NCBI GenBank assembly: GCA_046538155.1
Contig: JBKHJL010000004.1
Span: 1-43,424, forward strand
Reading direction: 5' to 3'
DNA length: 43,424 nt
Source of the DNA: Candidatus Micrarchaeia archaeon
GTDB taxonomy: Archaea > Micrarchaeota > Micrarchaeia > Anstonellales > Bilamarchaeaceae
The notes under the pieces are model-generated. The model ran no database searches, was not told the DNA's origin, and saw nothing but the letters and a program-made list of their open reading frames with translations. Below are positions 8,696 through 19,175 of this stretch, piece after piece. Within the stretch, counting starts at the first letter, position 1. The number at the start of each line of letters is the position of its first letter. The position numbers were made by a program, and so were the translations under genes.

Positions 8696-10174
8696 ATGCT
8701 TATACTGGTTTGTGGGCTTCCGGGAGCAGGCAAAAGCACTCTTGCCCGGGCACTTTCTGAAAAAATCGGCGCGGTATACCTCAGCAGTGACATCATCCGG
8801 AAAAAGATGCTCAACGACCGCACATATTCTGAAAACGAGAAATACCGGGTTTATGAAAGGATGGTTGGGGAAGCGGAGCTGATTCTCGCTTCCGGGAAAA
8901 CCGTGGTGTGTGACGCAACGTTCTACAAAGGGGGAACCAGGGGGGAAATGAGGGCCGCGGCCAGGAGGACCGGCTCGGAAATATATATCGTGAAATGCGT
9001 GCTGGATGAAAATGAAGTAGAAAGAAGGATGGAAGAAAGGGAAAGGGGAGGGAACAGCGAAAGCGAAGCTGATTTCCGGATTTACCTTAAAGTGAAGAAC
9101 CTCTTTGAGGGGATAGATGAAGAGCACCTGGAAGTGGATACCTCGCTTCCGCTGGAAAAACAGGTCCACATCGTGGAGACATATCTGGAAAAAGAAGCAT
9201 TCTGGAAGCCGGAGGAGCTGCTTGAGGGGGAAGCATATCCGCATAGTTCAGAAAACCTGAAAATGAAGGAAACCCACATTTCATGGGTATTCCTTGCAGG
9301 GGATTATGCCTACAAACTAAAAAAGCCGGCCAAATTCTCATTCCTGGATTATTCCACAAAAGAAAAAAGGAGGGAAGCCTGCGAAGAAGAAGTGCGGCTC
9401 AACAGGAGACTTTCACCTGAAATATACCTGGGCGTTGTGCCCCTTGTAAAAAGAAGCGGGCAGACAAGGATTGGGGGGGAAGGACGGGAGATTGATTATG
9501 CAGTAAAGATGAAGAGGATGGGGCAGACGATGGACAGGGCACTGGAAAAGGGGGAAGTTGGCAGGGAGAATATTGAGGAGCTTGCAGAAACCATTGCAAA
9601 ATTCCACAACTCTGTTCCGCTGATACAGGACCCGGCTTACAACTCCCCTGAAATGATAAAAGAACAGATAGATGATCTGGAATCTGTAAGGGGCATAGTG
9701 GAAGAAGCTTCAGGGATGGGAGAGAAAATAGGTGTAGTGCTGGAAAAATCCGGGGAATTCATAAAAAAGAATGAGGGAATGCTGAAAAACAGGCAGGTTG
9801 AGGGAATGGTGAGGGACTGCCATGGTGACCTGCACTCCAAAAATGTCTTTGTTGCAGACAAGAAATATGTTTTTGACTGCATAGAGTTCAATGAAGATTT
9901 CAGATTCATAGATGTGGCGAGCGAGATAGCATTTATGGCCATGGACCTGGACTACCGGGGAAAAGAAGAACTCTCGGAACTATTTGTGAAAAAATACCTG
10001 GAGCTTTCAGGGGATACGGAAATGCCGGAACTGCTGGACTTCTACAAGTGCTACCGGGCAAATGTCCGGGCAAAAGTTGCAGCAATAGAATATGGCCAGA
10101 GCAAAAATGAAAGCAAAAAAGGAGAGATGGAAAAATACCTGGTGCTTGCAGAAAAATATGCAAATAAACTCTAA
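8696..10174 (+). CDS. AAA_33 P-loop kinase fused to an APH-like phosphotransferase (COG0645 + COG2187 type)
   Basis: N-terminal GLPGAGKST, DATF and SESEAD; C-terminal ETHISWVFL, CHGDLH, FDCIEFN and DVASEIAF. Confidence 0.9.
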   Translation: MLILVCGLPGAGKSTLARALSEKIGAVYLSSDIIRKKMLNDRTYSENEKYRVYERMVGEAELILASGKTVVCDATFYKGGTRGEMRAAARRTGSEIYIVKCVLDENEVERRMEERERGGNSESEADFRIYLKVKNLFEGIDEEHLEVDTSLPLEKQVHIVETYLEKEAFWKPEELLEGEAYPHSSENLKMKETHISWVFLAGDYAYKLKKPAKFSFLDYSTKEKRREACEEEVRLNRRLSPEIYLGVVPLVKRSGQTRIGGEGREIDYAVKMKRMGQTMDRALEKGEVGRENIEELAETIAKFHNSVPLIQDPAYNSPEMIKEQIDDLESVRGIVEEASGMGEKIGVVLEKSGEFIKKNEGMLKNRQVEGMVRDCHGDLHSKNVFVADKKYVFDCIEFNEDFRFIDVASEIAFMAMDLDYRGKEELSELFVKKYLELSGDTEMPELLDFYKCYRANVRAKVAAIEYGQSKNESKKGEMEKYLVLAEKYANKL

Positions 10175-11736
10175 TGCCGGAAATGCCTCATTCCTGTAAA
10201 TAGCATTGCCATTCCGTGCTCGTCTGCTGCATCTATTACTTCCTTGTCCCGGATTGAACCCCCGGGCTGGATTATGGAAGTTACGCCCCTTTCTGCTGCA
10301 GCATCCACCCCGTCCCTGAATGGGAAAAAAGCATCGCTGGCCATTGCGCACCCCTCTACTGTTTCCCCGTAGGATTCGGCAATCTCTGCGGCGAGGCGGG
10401 CGGCTTCCACCCTCTTCATCTGGCCCGCCCCTATGCCTATTGCCTGATTGTGGCGGGCATAAACTATTGAATTGGATTTTACATACTTGCATATGGTCCA
10501 TGCATAAAAAAGGTCCTTTCTCTCCTTTTCAGTGGGCTCCCTCTTGGTAACCGTTTCCAGCTTGCTTTCATCGTACAGCCAGATATCCGCATCCTGCACA
10601 ATAAGTCCTCCAGAAACGCTGCGGTAGGTCATGAAGGGCTTTTTCTCTAGTGGGAAGTTATGTTCACCCATCTCTATCGCCCGCAGGCGCTTCTTCTTTG
10701 AGAAAACCTCCAGGGCTTCATTTGAAAAGGATGGTGCAACAACCACTTCATAAAACCGGGAAACTATTTTTTCCGCCAGCCGGACTTCCACTTTCCTGTT
10801 TGTGCAAACTATGCCTCCGAATGCAGCATGCTGGTCCACTGCAAGCGCAGAATCATATGCCCTGATAATGTCCTGGTTTGTTGCCACCCCGCAGGGATTA
10901 TTGTGCTTGACTATCACCACCGTGGGGTCGGCAAACTCCCCCGTAAGTGCAAAAGCAGAATCTATGTCAAGAATGTTGTTATAAGAAAGCTCCCGCCCCT
11001 GGAGCTGGCGGGAGGTTCCCACATTCGGGGGCGAAAGTTGGCGGTCCCTGTAAAAAGCCGCACTCACCTGGGAGGGATTTTCCCCATAGCGGAGGTCCCG
11101 GAGCTTACTGAATGAGAGATTAAGATATTCCGGCCTCTTTTCTTCCGGGAAAAACTTGGAGCGCAGAAAGGATTCAATAACTACATCGTAGTGGGAAACA
11201 TCCATGAAAGTCTCCACCGCAAGCTTTCTCCTGAGCTCAAGGGAAACCTCATCATCCTCTTCCAGTTCCTTCATTACTTCAGAATATCGCTCAGGGCGGG
11301 AAATTGCGACAACATTTTCGTAATTCTTTGCAGCTGCCCTGAGCAGAGTGGGGCCTCCGATATCTATTTTTTCAAGTGCGGTTTCAACTGTGCAGTCAGG
11401 ATCGGAGATTACATCTTCAAATGGATAAAGATTTACTGCGACAAGGTCTATCATGCCTATGCCCATCCCCTGTGCTTCCTTCAGGTGCTCCTCCCTTGAC
11501 CTTCTTGCAAGGATTCCCCCGTGGATTTTGGGGTGGAGGGTTTTTACCCTGCCTTCCATCATCTCAGGGAAGCCGGTCAAATCAGAAACATTAAAAGTCT
11601 GGACATCTGCCTCCCGCAGGGCCCTTGAAGTCCCTCCACTGGAAATTATCCCTATTCCCTTCTGGTCAAGAAACTTTCCGAACTCTGCAACCCCTTTCTT
11701 GTTGTAAACACTCAGCAGTGCCCGCTTTATTGCCAT
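10171..11736 (-). CDS. purH: Bifunctional AICAR transformylase/IMP cyclohydrolase
   Basis: Motifs [38 protein letters not shown] and TGMRHFRH. Confidence 0.97.
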   Translation of the reverse strand: MAIKRALLSVYNKKGVAEFGKFLDQKGIGIISSGGTSRALREADVQTFNVSDLTGFPEMMEGRVKTLHPKIHGGILARRSREEHLKEAQGMGIGMIDLVAVNLYPFEDVISDPDCTVETALEKIDIGGPTLLRAAAKNYENVVAISRPERYSEVMKELEEDDEVSLELRRKLAVETFMDVSHYDVVIESFLRSKFFPEEKRPEYLNLSFSKLRDLRYGENPSQVSAAFYRDRQLSPPNVGTSRQLQGRELSYNNILDIDSAFALTGEFADPTVVIVKHNNPCGVATNQDIIRAYDSALAVDQHAAFGGIVCTNRKVEVRLAEKIVSRFYEVVVAPSFSNEALEVFSKKKRLRAIEMGEHNFPLEKKPFMTYRSVSGGLIVQDADIWLYDESKLETVTKREPTEKERKDLFYAWTICKYVKSNSIVYARHNQAIGIGAGQMKRVEAARLAAEIAESYGETVEGCAMASDAFFPFRDGVDAAAERGVTSIIQPGGSIRDKEVIDAADEHGMAMLFTGMRHFRH

Positions 11737-11777
11737 AGAAACCGTACCATATTAGTGAAAAAAGCACTTAAAAAGCA

Positions 11778-13214
11778 TTATGGTCTGGGAGGCTTCCGTA
11801 AGCCTGTTGTTTCAACAAGCACAAAGTTCCCGAACTCTGCTGAGACCGAACCAGAAGCAGAAATCTTATTCAGTTCGCTTTCGGGAATTGATATGGTCTG
11901 GGCAACGCCTCCCATCCCCCCTGGCTTTGGACGCTGGATGGAAAACATGGCATATTTGCCCGGGGCAGGAGAGGGGTCATCTGTTGTTTCAAGTCCTGCA
12001 GCCTGCACCCAGTATGCAAGCCCGCCGTGCGGCCCGAAAACCTGTGCTCCGGGATGCGCTTCTGCAAATCCAGAGAGGGACTGGAATTCCTGCATGCTTA
12101 TCAGGGGCGTCCTCTGCAGGCCTGAATCCATGAACATGTAAAGAGTATGGAGGGCCATCAGGAGCATCACTGCATAGAATATTGTTTTTTCCTTCCGGAA
12201 GTAGAAAGCCCCAAGACCCGCAAGCAGTGAAATCGGGATATATGTGTTCATCTCAAACCGGAAAACCCAGGAATTGTCCACGAACAATGGCTGTGTGAGC
12301 AGAAAGCTCACTGCAATCCAGGGAACAAAAAGGAGCGCCCATTTCGGGTCTATCCTGTATGCAGAATAGAGCCCGAGCATTGCAAGCAGGGAAAAGAAAC
12401 TGTACATGGAGAACATACTTAGGTTTATGCTGTCGGATTTTCCAGGGGGCCCATCATCCAGGTATTCCAGTCCCACAGGACCTATACTGTAATCGCCCAG
12501 GAGCCCGGGCTTGATAATGAGAACTGCGAGGGCGGCTATTCCGATTCCCCCCATTATTGCAAAGCATTTGAGAGATTCAGTTGTTATCCTCTTTTCATGC
12601 ATGAAGCTGTAGATGGGGAGAAGAAGGAGCAGGGGAGTCATTGAAAAGAGCAGATAGGCAGAAGACGAAAAATGTGTCCCGAGCATGAGCACGAATGCAA
12701 CTATCGCAAGTGCAGTGTTGCGGGTGCTGGTCTCCCTTATGGATTTTATTGAAAGATAGATAAACCAGGCGCCAAAAAACAGGCCTATTGTGTTCTTGAA
12801 GAGGTCCCCCATTATGAACATATTAGATGTCGAGAAAGAAGCGAGGAACCCTGCAAAAACCGCAACAGCGCGGTCCCTGGTGATGTATTTTGCTATTTTA
12901 TAGATGGGAAAACAGATGGCTGCAGAAAAAAGGGATATTGCAACCTTGAAGCCCAGAAACAGGTCTCCGGCCAGATGGGCAAAGAAAGCGCCGATGTAGA
13001 ATGCGATTGGCGGGTCGCTTACCTGGGGATAACCATGGGTGAAAACATCCTGGATGTGCATAACATAATAGCCCGCGTCCATTCCTGCAATCAGTGGGTA
13101 GCGGGTTGCAAAATAAAGTTTCAGCAGAAAGGAAACGATGAAAACAAGTGTAATTGCAACACGGTAAATGTTGAGTGGGCCGTCTTGTTCAAAGGGGTTT
13201 TTCAAAACACCCAC
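11778..13214 (-). CDS. Polytopic membrane protein, probably a GT-C (PMT-like) glycosyltransferase
   Basis: About 11 TM segments with an N-terminal loop GMDAGYY...DPP typical of GT-C proteins. Confidence 0.65.
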   Translation of the reverse strand: MGVLKNPFEQDGPLNIYRVAITLVFIVSFLLKLYFATRYPLIAGMDAGYYVMHIQDVFTHGYPQVSDPPIAFYIGAFFAHLAGDLFLGFKVAISLFSAAICFPIYKIAKYITRDRAVAVFAGFLASFSTSNMFIMGDLFKNTIGLFFGAWFIYLSIKSIRETSTRNTALAIVAFVLMLGTHFSSSAYLLFSMTPLLLLLPIYSFMHEKRITTESLKCFAIMGGIGIAALAVLIIKPGLLGDYSIGPVGLEYLDDGPPGKSDSINLSMFSMYSFFSLLAMLGLYSAYRIDPKWALLFVPWIAVSFLLTQPLFVDNSWVFRFEMNTYIPISLLAGLGAFYFRKEKTIFYAVMLLMALHTLYMFMDSGLQRTPLISMQEFQSLSGFAEAHPGAQVFGPHGGLAYWVQAAGLETTDDPSPAPGKYAMFSIQRPKPGGMGGVAQTISIPESELNKISASGSVSAEFGNFVLVETTGLRKPPRP

Positions 13215-13239
13215 CTAAAATAAAAATAAAATGGGGGGG

Positions 13240-13533
13240 CTATTCCCCCTCTTCCCCGGGGGCTGCCTCATACCTGAAATCCCCCGGGGGTTCCTCAATC
13301 TCTATATCAAAGAGATTGGCAAGCTCTTCAGAATCTTTAGGGGGTTCATCCTCTGTGTCTTCTTCCGGGGGGCTTTCTTCAACCGGCTCTCCGGACCCCT
13401 CCATAGCAGAACCTGCATCCTCTTCAATCCCTTCTGCGGGAACCTCTTCAACCGGCCCCCCTTTCTTGCCTCCGCAGCCTGCAAGCAGGAAGGAGAAGGC
13501 AACCAGCGCAAGCAAAAGCATTCTGTAGTTCAT
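13240..13533 (-). CDS. Small acidic lipoprotein
   Basis: LLAGC lipobox followed by an E/P-rich tail. Confidence 0.75.
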   Translation of the reverse strand: MNYRMLLLALVAFSFLLAGCGGKKGGPVEEVPAEGIEEDAGSAMEGSGEPVEESPPEEDTEDEPPKDSEELANLFDIEIEEPPGDFRYEAAPGEEGE

Positions 13534-13537
13534 TTAT

Positions 13538-14434
13538 TCACCCCAGCAGTATTTCAGTCCTCAGGGACACGAACTCTTCAAAGTGGTCCCAGGTGTCTGC
13601 CCAGCAGTCCAGGTTCTCATTTGCGTAGTCGTTGTTGTTTTCAACATCCGCAGAATACTCGCACTCATCTATTGTCTCTTCTATCTCACTGTTAAGCTCT
13701 TCTACCTCTTCTACAAGGTCGTCATCATAATCTTCCTCCTCAAGTATGGGAACTGCATACTCGCAAATTGCAGACATCCGCTCAAGGTGGAACAGGTCAA
13801 CCAGGCGGGAGTGCCTGAGCTGGAGGGCCCGGACTTCAGAAGGATCATCCTCTTCAAATGCTTCGGGCACATCAGCAAGGAGCTCCTCTCCATCTTCAAG
13901 CACCCCTTCCATTCCTGAAGTGTCCACACCCTCGTCCTCAAGGTCTTCCATGATGCCTTCTGCATGGTCAATGTCATTCTCAAGGAAACTGGTCGTTGCA
14001 TCTTCTGTTTTTTCCATTGCATCCTCCCTGCATTCCCTAAGCTCATCCTCCAGCGGCTCTTTTCCATCCTGCACACAGTCAAAGAAATCAGATGTTTTGT
14101 TGGTGAGGGCATCTCCGACTATCTTGAGCCCGAGCTCCAGCATATCAGCACCAAGGGCAATCCTGGTGAGGCCAAACTCAAGCCGGTCGTTGTCCTCCGC
14201 AGCCTCTTCAAGGTCTGCAAGGTTGTCTTCAATATCCGCAATACACTCTGAAGAATCAAAAACCGGGACATTCTCCTCTTCGGCACACTCCTCCCTGAGC
14301 TCAACAAAATCCTTTGCAAACTCTACGTTGCATTCATCATATGCATAGCGTGCTTCAAGAACTTCCGGCCATGCCGGATTGTTCCAGGCAAAGGTTGCTG
14401 CAACCAGGATAAGGGCAAGCAATATACTTTTCAT
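13538..14434 (-). CDS. Secreted, highly acidic, Cys-containing helical protein
   Basis: Signal peptide MKSILLALILVAATFA; D/E-rich with spaced cysteines. Confidence 0.8.
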   Translation of the reverse strand: MKSILLALILVAATFAWNNPAWPEVLEARYAYDECNVEFAKDFVELREECAEEENVPVFDSSECIADIEDNLADLEEAAEDNDRLEFGLTRIALGADMLELGLKIVGDALTNKTSDFFDCVQDGKEPLEDELRECREDAMEKTEDATTSFLENDIDHAEGIMEDLEDEGVDTSGMEGVLEDGEELLADVPEAFEEDDPSEVRALQLRHSRLVDLFHLERMSAICEYAVPILEEEDYDDDLVEEVEELNSEIEETIDECEYSADVENNNDYANENLDCWADTWDHFEEFVSLRTEILLG

Positions 14435-14486
14435 GATACCACGGATTTAGAAGATAGGAGAAAACATAAAAAGGGGGCAGTGGAGT

Positions 14487-15101
14487 TTAGGGAATTTCAA
14501 ATATTTTTCCGGCAGCGCATTCTTCTGCCTGGGAAAATCTCTGGAGTATCTCCTGCTTTTTTGCGGTGCAATGACAGGGGGCAATGAAGCGGATTGTTTC
14601 AAGTTTGTCCAATTCGCTGAATCCATGGAAACCGCCCAGCACCCCATACACTTCACCGAACCCGGAGGCATCATCTATCATATTGCCAAGCCCGGGATGG
14701 GAGCAGCCGCCTATTATGAGCAGCCCCCTGGAAATTTCCAAGAGAAGATACTGCTCAAATCCCAGGGAATGGGCAGAAATTCCATTGCAGATTTCTGCAA
14801 CATCAGATACAAAATGAAAATTGGGAATGTCCAGCTCAAAAGGGGCATAAATCTCGGGCTTTCCTGCCTTTTCAAGCAACCCCCTGAGTCCGCCGGTGTG
14901 GTCTCCATGGGGATGGGAAAGAACTACAACATCTATGCTGGCAGGTTCTATATTGAGTTTTTCCATGTTTGAAATAAGAGTGGGGCCATCCGCACCCGTA
15001 TCAAAAAGCACCTTCTTCCTGCCTTCTATCAGGCAGGAGAAGCCCCAACCGGACTTGAGCCCTTCCTCTGCTTCATTGTCATAAACTATTGTTATTTTCA
15101 T
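14487..15101 (-). CDS. MBL-fold metallo-hydrolase (COG1237-like)
   Basis: Motifs GWGFSCLI, LFDTG, SHPHGDHTGG, GCSHPG, GGFH and HCT. Confidence 0.9.
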   Translation of the reverse strand: MKITIVYDNEAEEGLKSGWGFSCLIEGRKKVLFDTGADGPTLISNMEKLNIEPASIDVVVLSHPHGDHTGGLRGLLEKAGKPEIYAPFELDIPNFHFVSDVAEICNGISAHSLGFEQYLLLEISRGLLIIGGCSHPGLGNMIDDASGFGEVYGVLGGFHGFSELDKLETIRFIAPCHCTAKKQEILQRFSQAEECAAGKIFEIP

Positions 15102-15141
15102 ATTAGAGATAAAAGAATAAAAAAATAAAAGAAAGGGGGGT

Positions 15142-15996
15142 CTAAATTTTCCTTTTCAGGGCGTTGTATACCGCGCGCAACCCGAAGAAAACCAGGGCAA
15201 TTGGTATAAGAAACCCTGCAAGCCCCACCATCAGCATTATTGCGAAACTCAGTGAGCCGAGGAAAAGATTTAGTATCTCCTCCAGGGGCATGATCAGGTC
15301 GGTTTCTATTGCAGGCTTCTGCTCGACCAGATAGACAGTTACTGTTGATTCTGCAGAACGCCTCTCAAGGTCAAGGGCCCGGCCCTGGTAAAGCTCCAGC
15401 TCGGTCTGTACCCGGGTTACCTCCTTTTCTATCATGAGGATTTCCTCAACATCTTCTGCTTCATTATAGAGGGCGTTGAGGCGGGCGAGTTCCTCCTCAA
15501 GGTTTTCAATCCGTGTCTGGATATCGGTATATTGTTCGGTGACGTCCTCCATGGAAGTATCTATAGAAGTGACTTCTCCAAGGGAAGAAACGGACTCCAG
15601 GAAACCCTCAAAATCATCCGGGTCCACCTTCACAGTTACCGCATGCTGCTTTTCTGTTTCATATTCGTTGAAAACCACATATGAAACTTCTGCATTGTAA
15701 TCATCAATAAGTGAGTTCAGCTCTTCCTTCTTCTGTTCCAAGGTGCCGCTTTCCACATCTATGCTGATGTGGCCTTCCTTGACTACCATCTGTGCCATCT
15801 GCTCATCATAGTCATAGGAATTGGAAGTTCCGTAATAGGCCTCTTCCGCAACCATGGGGGCAGGCATTGCTTTTGTAGAATATCCTGTGCCTCCTGTGCC
15901 CGATTCTGCATAACCCCCTGTTACCTCGTCCATTCCGATGCATCCGAAAAACATGAACAAAGCAACAAAGGCCAGCATTGTAACTTTTACTTTCAT
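15142..15996 (-). CDS. DUF4349-family lipoprotein
   Basis: Lipobox FFGC, EDVTEQYTDIQTRIENLE coiled coil, C-terminal TM segment. Confidence 0.88.
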   Translation of the reverse strand: MKVKVTMLAFVALFMFFGCIGMDEVTGGYAESGTGGTGYSTKAMPAPMVAEEAYYGTSNSYDYDEQMAQMVVKEGHISIDVESGTLEQKKEELNSLIDDYNAEVSYVVFNEYETEKQHAVTVKVDPDDFEGFLESVSSLGEVTSIDTSMEDVTEQYTDIQTRIENLEEELARLNALYNEAEDVEEILMIEKEVTRVQTELELYQGRALDLERRSAESTVTVYLVEQKPAIETDLIMPLEEILNLFLGSLSFAIMLMVGLAGFLIPIALVFFGLRAVYNALKRKI

Positions 15997-16149
15997 GGAA
16001 AAAGAATCAGCAGGGCATTATTAAAATGTTAAGAATTTTGTGCGGAATTTTCCGAAAAGCAGGATTTTGTGACACGGGTATATAAAGAGTTTGGTGCACC
16101 AGTATAGCCAACTCCCAAAAGGAGGTGTAAAATATGGCACAAAGGTGGT

Positions 16150-16401
16150 ATGAAATCCAGTAAGCCGGGAAAAAGCGAACGTGTTAGTGAAGACTCTAGT
16201 TATGGGAAAAGGGCAGGGCGGCCGAAAAGCCTTGGTCCTGAATCTGTTGCCGAATTAAGGAAGCTCTATCTATCCGAACCTTATTCTGTAAGAGAGCTTG
16301 CAGAGATATTCCAGGTTTCCAGGATGACAGTGTGGAGAGCAGTAAGCCGGCAGGAAAAATCCAGGGATGAAACTCCCTTGAGGGCAGTTGTAAATGGGTG
16401 A
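16150..16401 (+). CDS. Stand-alone Hin/resolvase-like HTH protein
   Basis: GRPKSL...SVRELAEIFQVSRMTVWRAV, with no catalytic recombinase domain. Confidence 0.75.
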   Translation: MKSSKPGKSERVSEDSSYGKRAGRPKSLGPESVAELRKLYLSEPYSVRELAEIFQVSRMTVWRAVSRQEKSRDETPLRAVVNG

Positions 16402-16843
16402 GCCTATGGTAAAGTGGAGAATGGAAACCAACCCTGTACGCAGGGCAGGAAAAGAAACCCCCATGCGCAGCGGCCCGTTTGAAAGGCCCAGGACCCACAT
16501 GGGCAGGGTGAATGGCAGGGCGTTTAAATCCAGAAAGCCGGATAGCGAAGTTCCGGAGAAAGATACGAAAAAAAGCCTGGTGGTGGTGCCAGAGCCGGTC
16601 GGATTTGAGCCGGCTCTGGGTGGAATGCTGCCTCCGGAGCCCGGGCTGCTTGAAGAAAAGGAACCTCGCACTGGGTTAAGAGAAACCTGTGAAAAGAAAG
16701 AAAGGAACACCCGGAGCAGGAAAACTCCCCGGGAAAGGGGCGTGGACCTTGAGAAGGCAGGCCTCACCTTTTGGGCGCATCCTGAAGAATTCCGGGAAAG
16801 GGTGGAAATGGGGGACCTGACAGGCGAACGAATGAAACTGTGA
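16394..16843 (+). CDS. Hypothetical basic, low-complexity protein
   Basis: ORF overlaps the HTH gene stop and fills the gap; no recognisable motif. Confidence 0.5.
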   Translation: MGEPMVKWRMETNPVRRAGKETPMRSGPFERPRTHMGRVNGRAFKSRKPDSEVPEKDTKKSLVVVPEPVGFEPALGGMLPPEPGLLEEKEPRTGLRETCEKKERNTRSRKTPRERGVDLEKAGLTFWAHPEEFRERVEMGDLTGERMKL

Positions 16844-16861
16844 ACCTGAATTTTTAATGTT

Positions 16862-17122
16862 TTATTTTTTAATTAATTTTTTTCCTTTGTCTGTAAGGGA
16901 AAACCTTTTTGACGGGAAGGTGCACTGCCGGGCAAACGGGCATCCCGAACATAGTTGAGGGGATTCCTTCTGCTCTTCAATCAGGAGGTAGCCCTTTTCT
17001 GAAAGAACCATGAGGATGCCCTCTGTTGCTGTTTTGCTCGTTCCCATCTTCTGGGAAATCTCCCGGACCGAGAGGCATCCCCGGCCTATCTCCTCAAGAA
17101 TTTTCTTAAGCATCAGAACCAC
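16862..17122 (-). CDS. feoC: FeoC-like winged-helix protein
   Basis: wHTH plus CSGCPFARQC cysteine cluster, directly after feoB. Confidence 0.8.
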   Translation of the reverse strand: MVLMLKKILEEIGRGCLSVREISQKMGTSKTATEGILMVLSEKGYLLIEEQKESPQLCSGCPFARQCTFPSKRFSLTDKGKKLIKK

Positions 17123-19171
17123 CTACACGTACCCAAGGGCAAGCCCCAGCTGCAGCACAACAAATGCAATGAACCAGGCAAGCACCGTGGAATAAAGTAT
17201 TGTGAAACCTGCCCACTTCCAGGAATTTGTTTCCTGCTTTATCACTGCAATGGTTGCAAAACAGGGCACATAAATCAAGGTAAAGACCATGAAAACATAG
17301 GCCTGGAGCGGAGTCCATACAGTTGCAAGAGTATCTGTGAGAACCGCCTCATCGGCAACCCCGTATAGAATGCCAAAAGCGGAGATAACCACCTCCTTTG
17401 CAAGGAAGCCGAATATCAGGGCAACCGTTCCCCTCCAGTCAAAGCCGAGCGGCTGGAAGAAGGGCTCAACCACATGTCCTGCTATTCCAATATAGCTGTC
17501 CGGGCCGCCGTATTCCACCCCTGAAGGATAACTTGCAAGGAACCACATTATTATTGCAACAAGGAAGATGAACGTACCTGCTTTCTGCACAAAAACCTTG
17601 GTGCGCTGCCACATGTGCAGGAATATTCCCTTGAAGGTGGGAACGTGATATGGGGGGAGCTCCATTACAAAAGGCTGCTTCTTTTCTGAAGCAATGAACC
17701 CGCGGAAAAGAAGACCCATTGCTGCAATCAGGGCAAAACTGATTAAAATAAGGGAGAAAACAACCTGGCCGGCAACAGCAGGGGCAAAAAACGCACCGGC
17801 AAGAAAAACAAAAACCTCCATGCGGGCCGCGCAGGGGACCAGGGGATTTACAAGAATTGTAAGGAGACGGTCGTCCCTGTTCTTGAGGGTGCGTGCGGCC
17901 ATTACCGCAGGAACATTGCACCCAAAGCCGAGAACCAGGGGGATAAATGACTTCCCGTGAAGCCCTATCTTCTGCATTATCCTGCTCATCACAAATGCTG
18001 CCCGCGCCATATACCCTGTATCCTCAAGTATGGCTATTCCCAGAAACAAGAGGAGGATATTGGGGAGAAAGATTAGTACGTTGCCTACTCCCTCTATAAG
18101 GGCGACCAGTACAAGGTCTGAGAACCAGGCCGGGGCTTCTGAAGCCGAGAGCACTTCCGCCAATACGCCCCCAAAGAGGCCCATCCCTGATTCTACAAAA
18201 TCCACAATGGGCTCACCAGTAATAAAAACAAACTGGAAAAGCGTATACAATATAAGCAAAAAGAGGGGAATTCCCAAAAGGGGATTTGTTACTATCCTGT
18301 CTATCTGGTCGCTGCGGATTATGAGCTCTTCGGGGCTCTTCTCAATAACCGTCTTAACAACACCATTTATGAAGCCATATCGCCTGGAGGCGATTGTTAT
18401 ATCCGCGGGTTCCCCTGTTTTTTCCTCCATTTCCCTCTCAAAATCAGACAGCCGGGTATCGCATATGTCCTTGTCCCGGGACTGGACCTTCCGGATCATA
18501 TCTGCATCCTCCTCAAGCAGCTTTACTGCGGTCCAGCGGGCCCCATATCTTTTGGCAATAGAAGGGGCTTTCCTGGAAATGCGTTCCTCAATTTCCCCTA
18601 TCTTCTCTTCGAGATCCCTCCCATAATTTACTGAAACCTGTCTTGAAGCAGCCTTTCCCCCTGCAGCAAGGAATGCGACTTCAACAAGCTCGTTTATGCC
18701 CTGCTCCTTATCAGCAACAAGAGGGACTACGGGGCAGCCGAGAAGCTCGGAAAGAGCCTTTGCATCAATCTTATATCCCCTCCTGTGGGCTATATCCACC
18801 ATATTGAGTGCAATTACCAGATTTGCCCCAAGCTCCCTGAGCTGTACTGCAAGATAAAGGTTGCGCTCAAGGTTTGAAGCGTCAACAACGTCAATGACAA
18901 CGTCCGGCTCCTCCTCCACAACAAAATTTCTGGCGATTAGCTCTTCCTGTGTATACGCAGAGAGGCTGTATGTACCGGGAAGGTCAACTATGCGGGCTGA
19001 TTTTTCCCCGGAAAGTTGTTTCCTTAACTTGCCTGATTTTTTTTCAACTGTAGCTCCCGGCCAGTTACCTATCTTCTGGTGGGTGCCTGTAAGTGCATTG
19101 AAAACAGTGGTCTTGCCTGTATTGGGATTTCCGGCAAGGGCAAAAACAGGCACTTCCTTTTTTCCGGGCAT
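17123..19171 (-). CDS. feoB: Ferrous iron transporter B
   Basis: Motifs GNPNTGKT, GNWPGATVE, DLPGTYSL, NMVD, GFGCNVPA and YVPC. Start placed at ATG 19171. Confidence 0.96.
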   Translation of the reverse strand: MPGKKEVPVFALAGNPNTGKTTVFNALTGTHQKIGNWPGATVEKKSGKLRKQLSGEKSARIVDLPGTYSLSAYTQEELIARNFVVEEEPDVVIDVVDASNLERNLYLAVQLRELGANLVIALNMVDIAHRRGYKIDAKALSELLGCPVVPLVADKEQGINELVEVAFLAAGGKAASRQVSVNYGRDLEEKIGEIEERISRKAPSIAKRYGARWTAVKLLEEDADMIRKVQSRDKDICDTRLSDFEREMEEKTGEPADITIASRRYGFINGVVKTVIEKSPEELIIRSDQIDRIVTNPLLGIPLFLLILYTLFQFVFITGEPIVDFVESGMGLFGGVLAEVLSASEAPAWFSDLVLVALIEGVGNVLIFLPNILLLFLGIAILEDTGYMARAAFVMSRIMQKIGLHGKSFIPLVLGFGCNVPAVMAARTLKNRDDRLLTILVNPLVPCAARMEVFVFLAGAFFAPAVAGQVVFSLILISFALIAAMGLLFRGFIASEKKQPFVMELPPYHVPTFKGIFLHMWQRTKVFVQKAGTFIFLVAIIMWFLASYPSGVEYGGPDSYIGIAGHVVEPFFQPLGFDWRGTVALIFGFLAKEVVISAFGILYGVADEAVLTDTLATVWTPLQAYVFMVFTLIYVPCFATIAVIKQETNSWKWAGFTILYSTVLAWFIAFVVLQLGLALGYV

Positions 19172-19175
19172 AACC

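Noticed and set aside
16150..16843. Transposase or resolvase remnant
   Set aside because: Only an HTH is recognisable, with no catalytic domain, terminal inverted repeats or target-site duplication.
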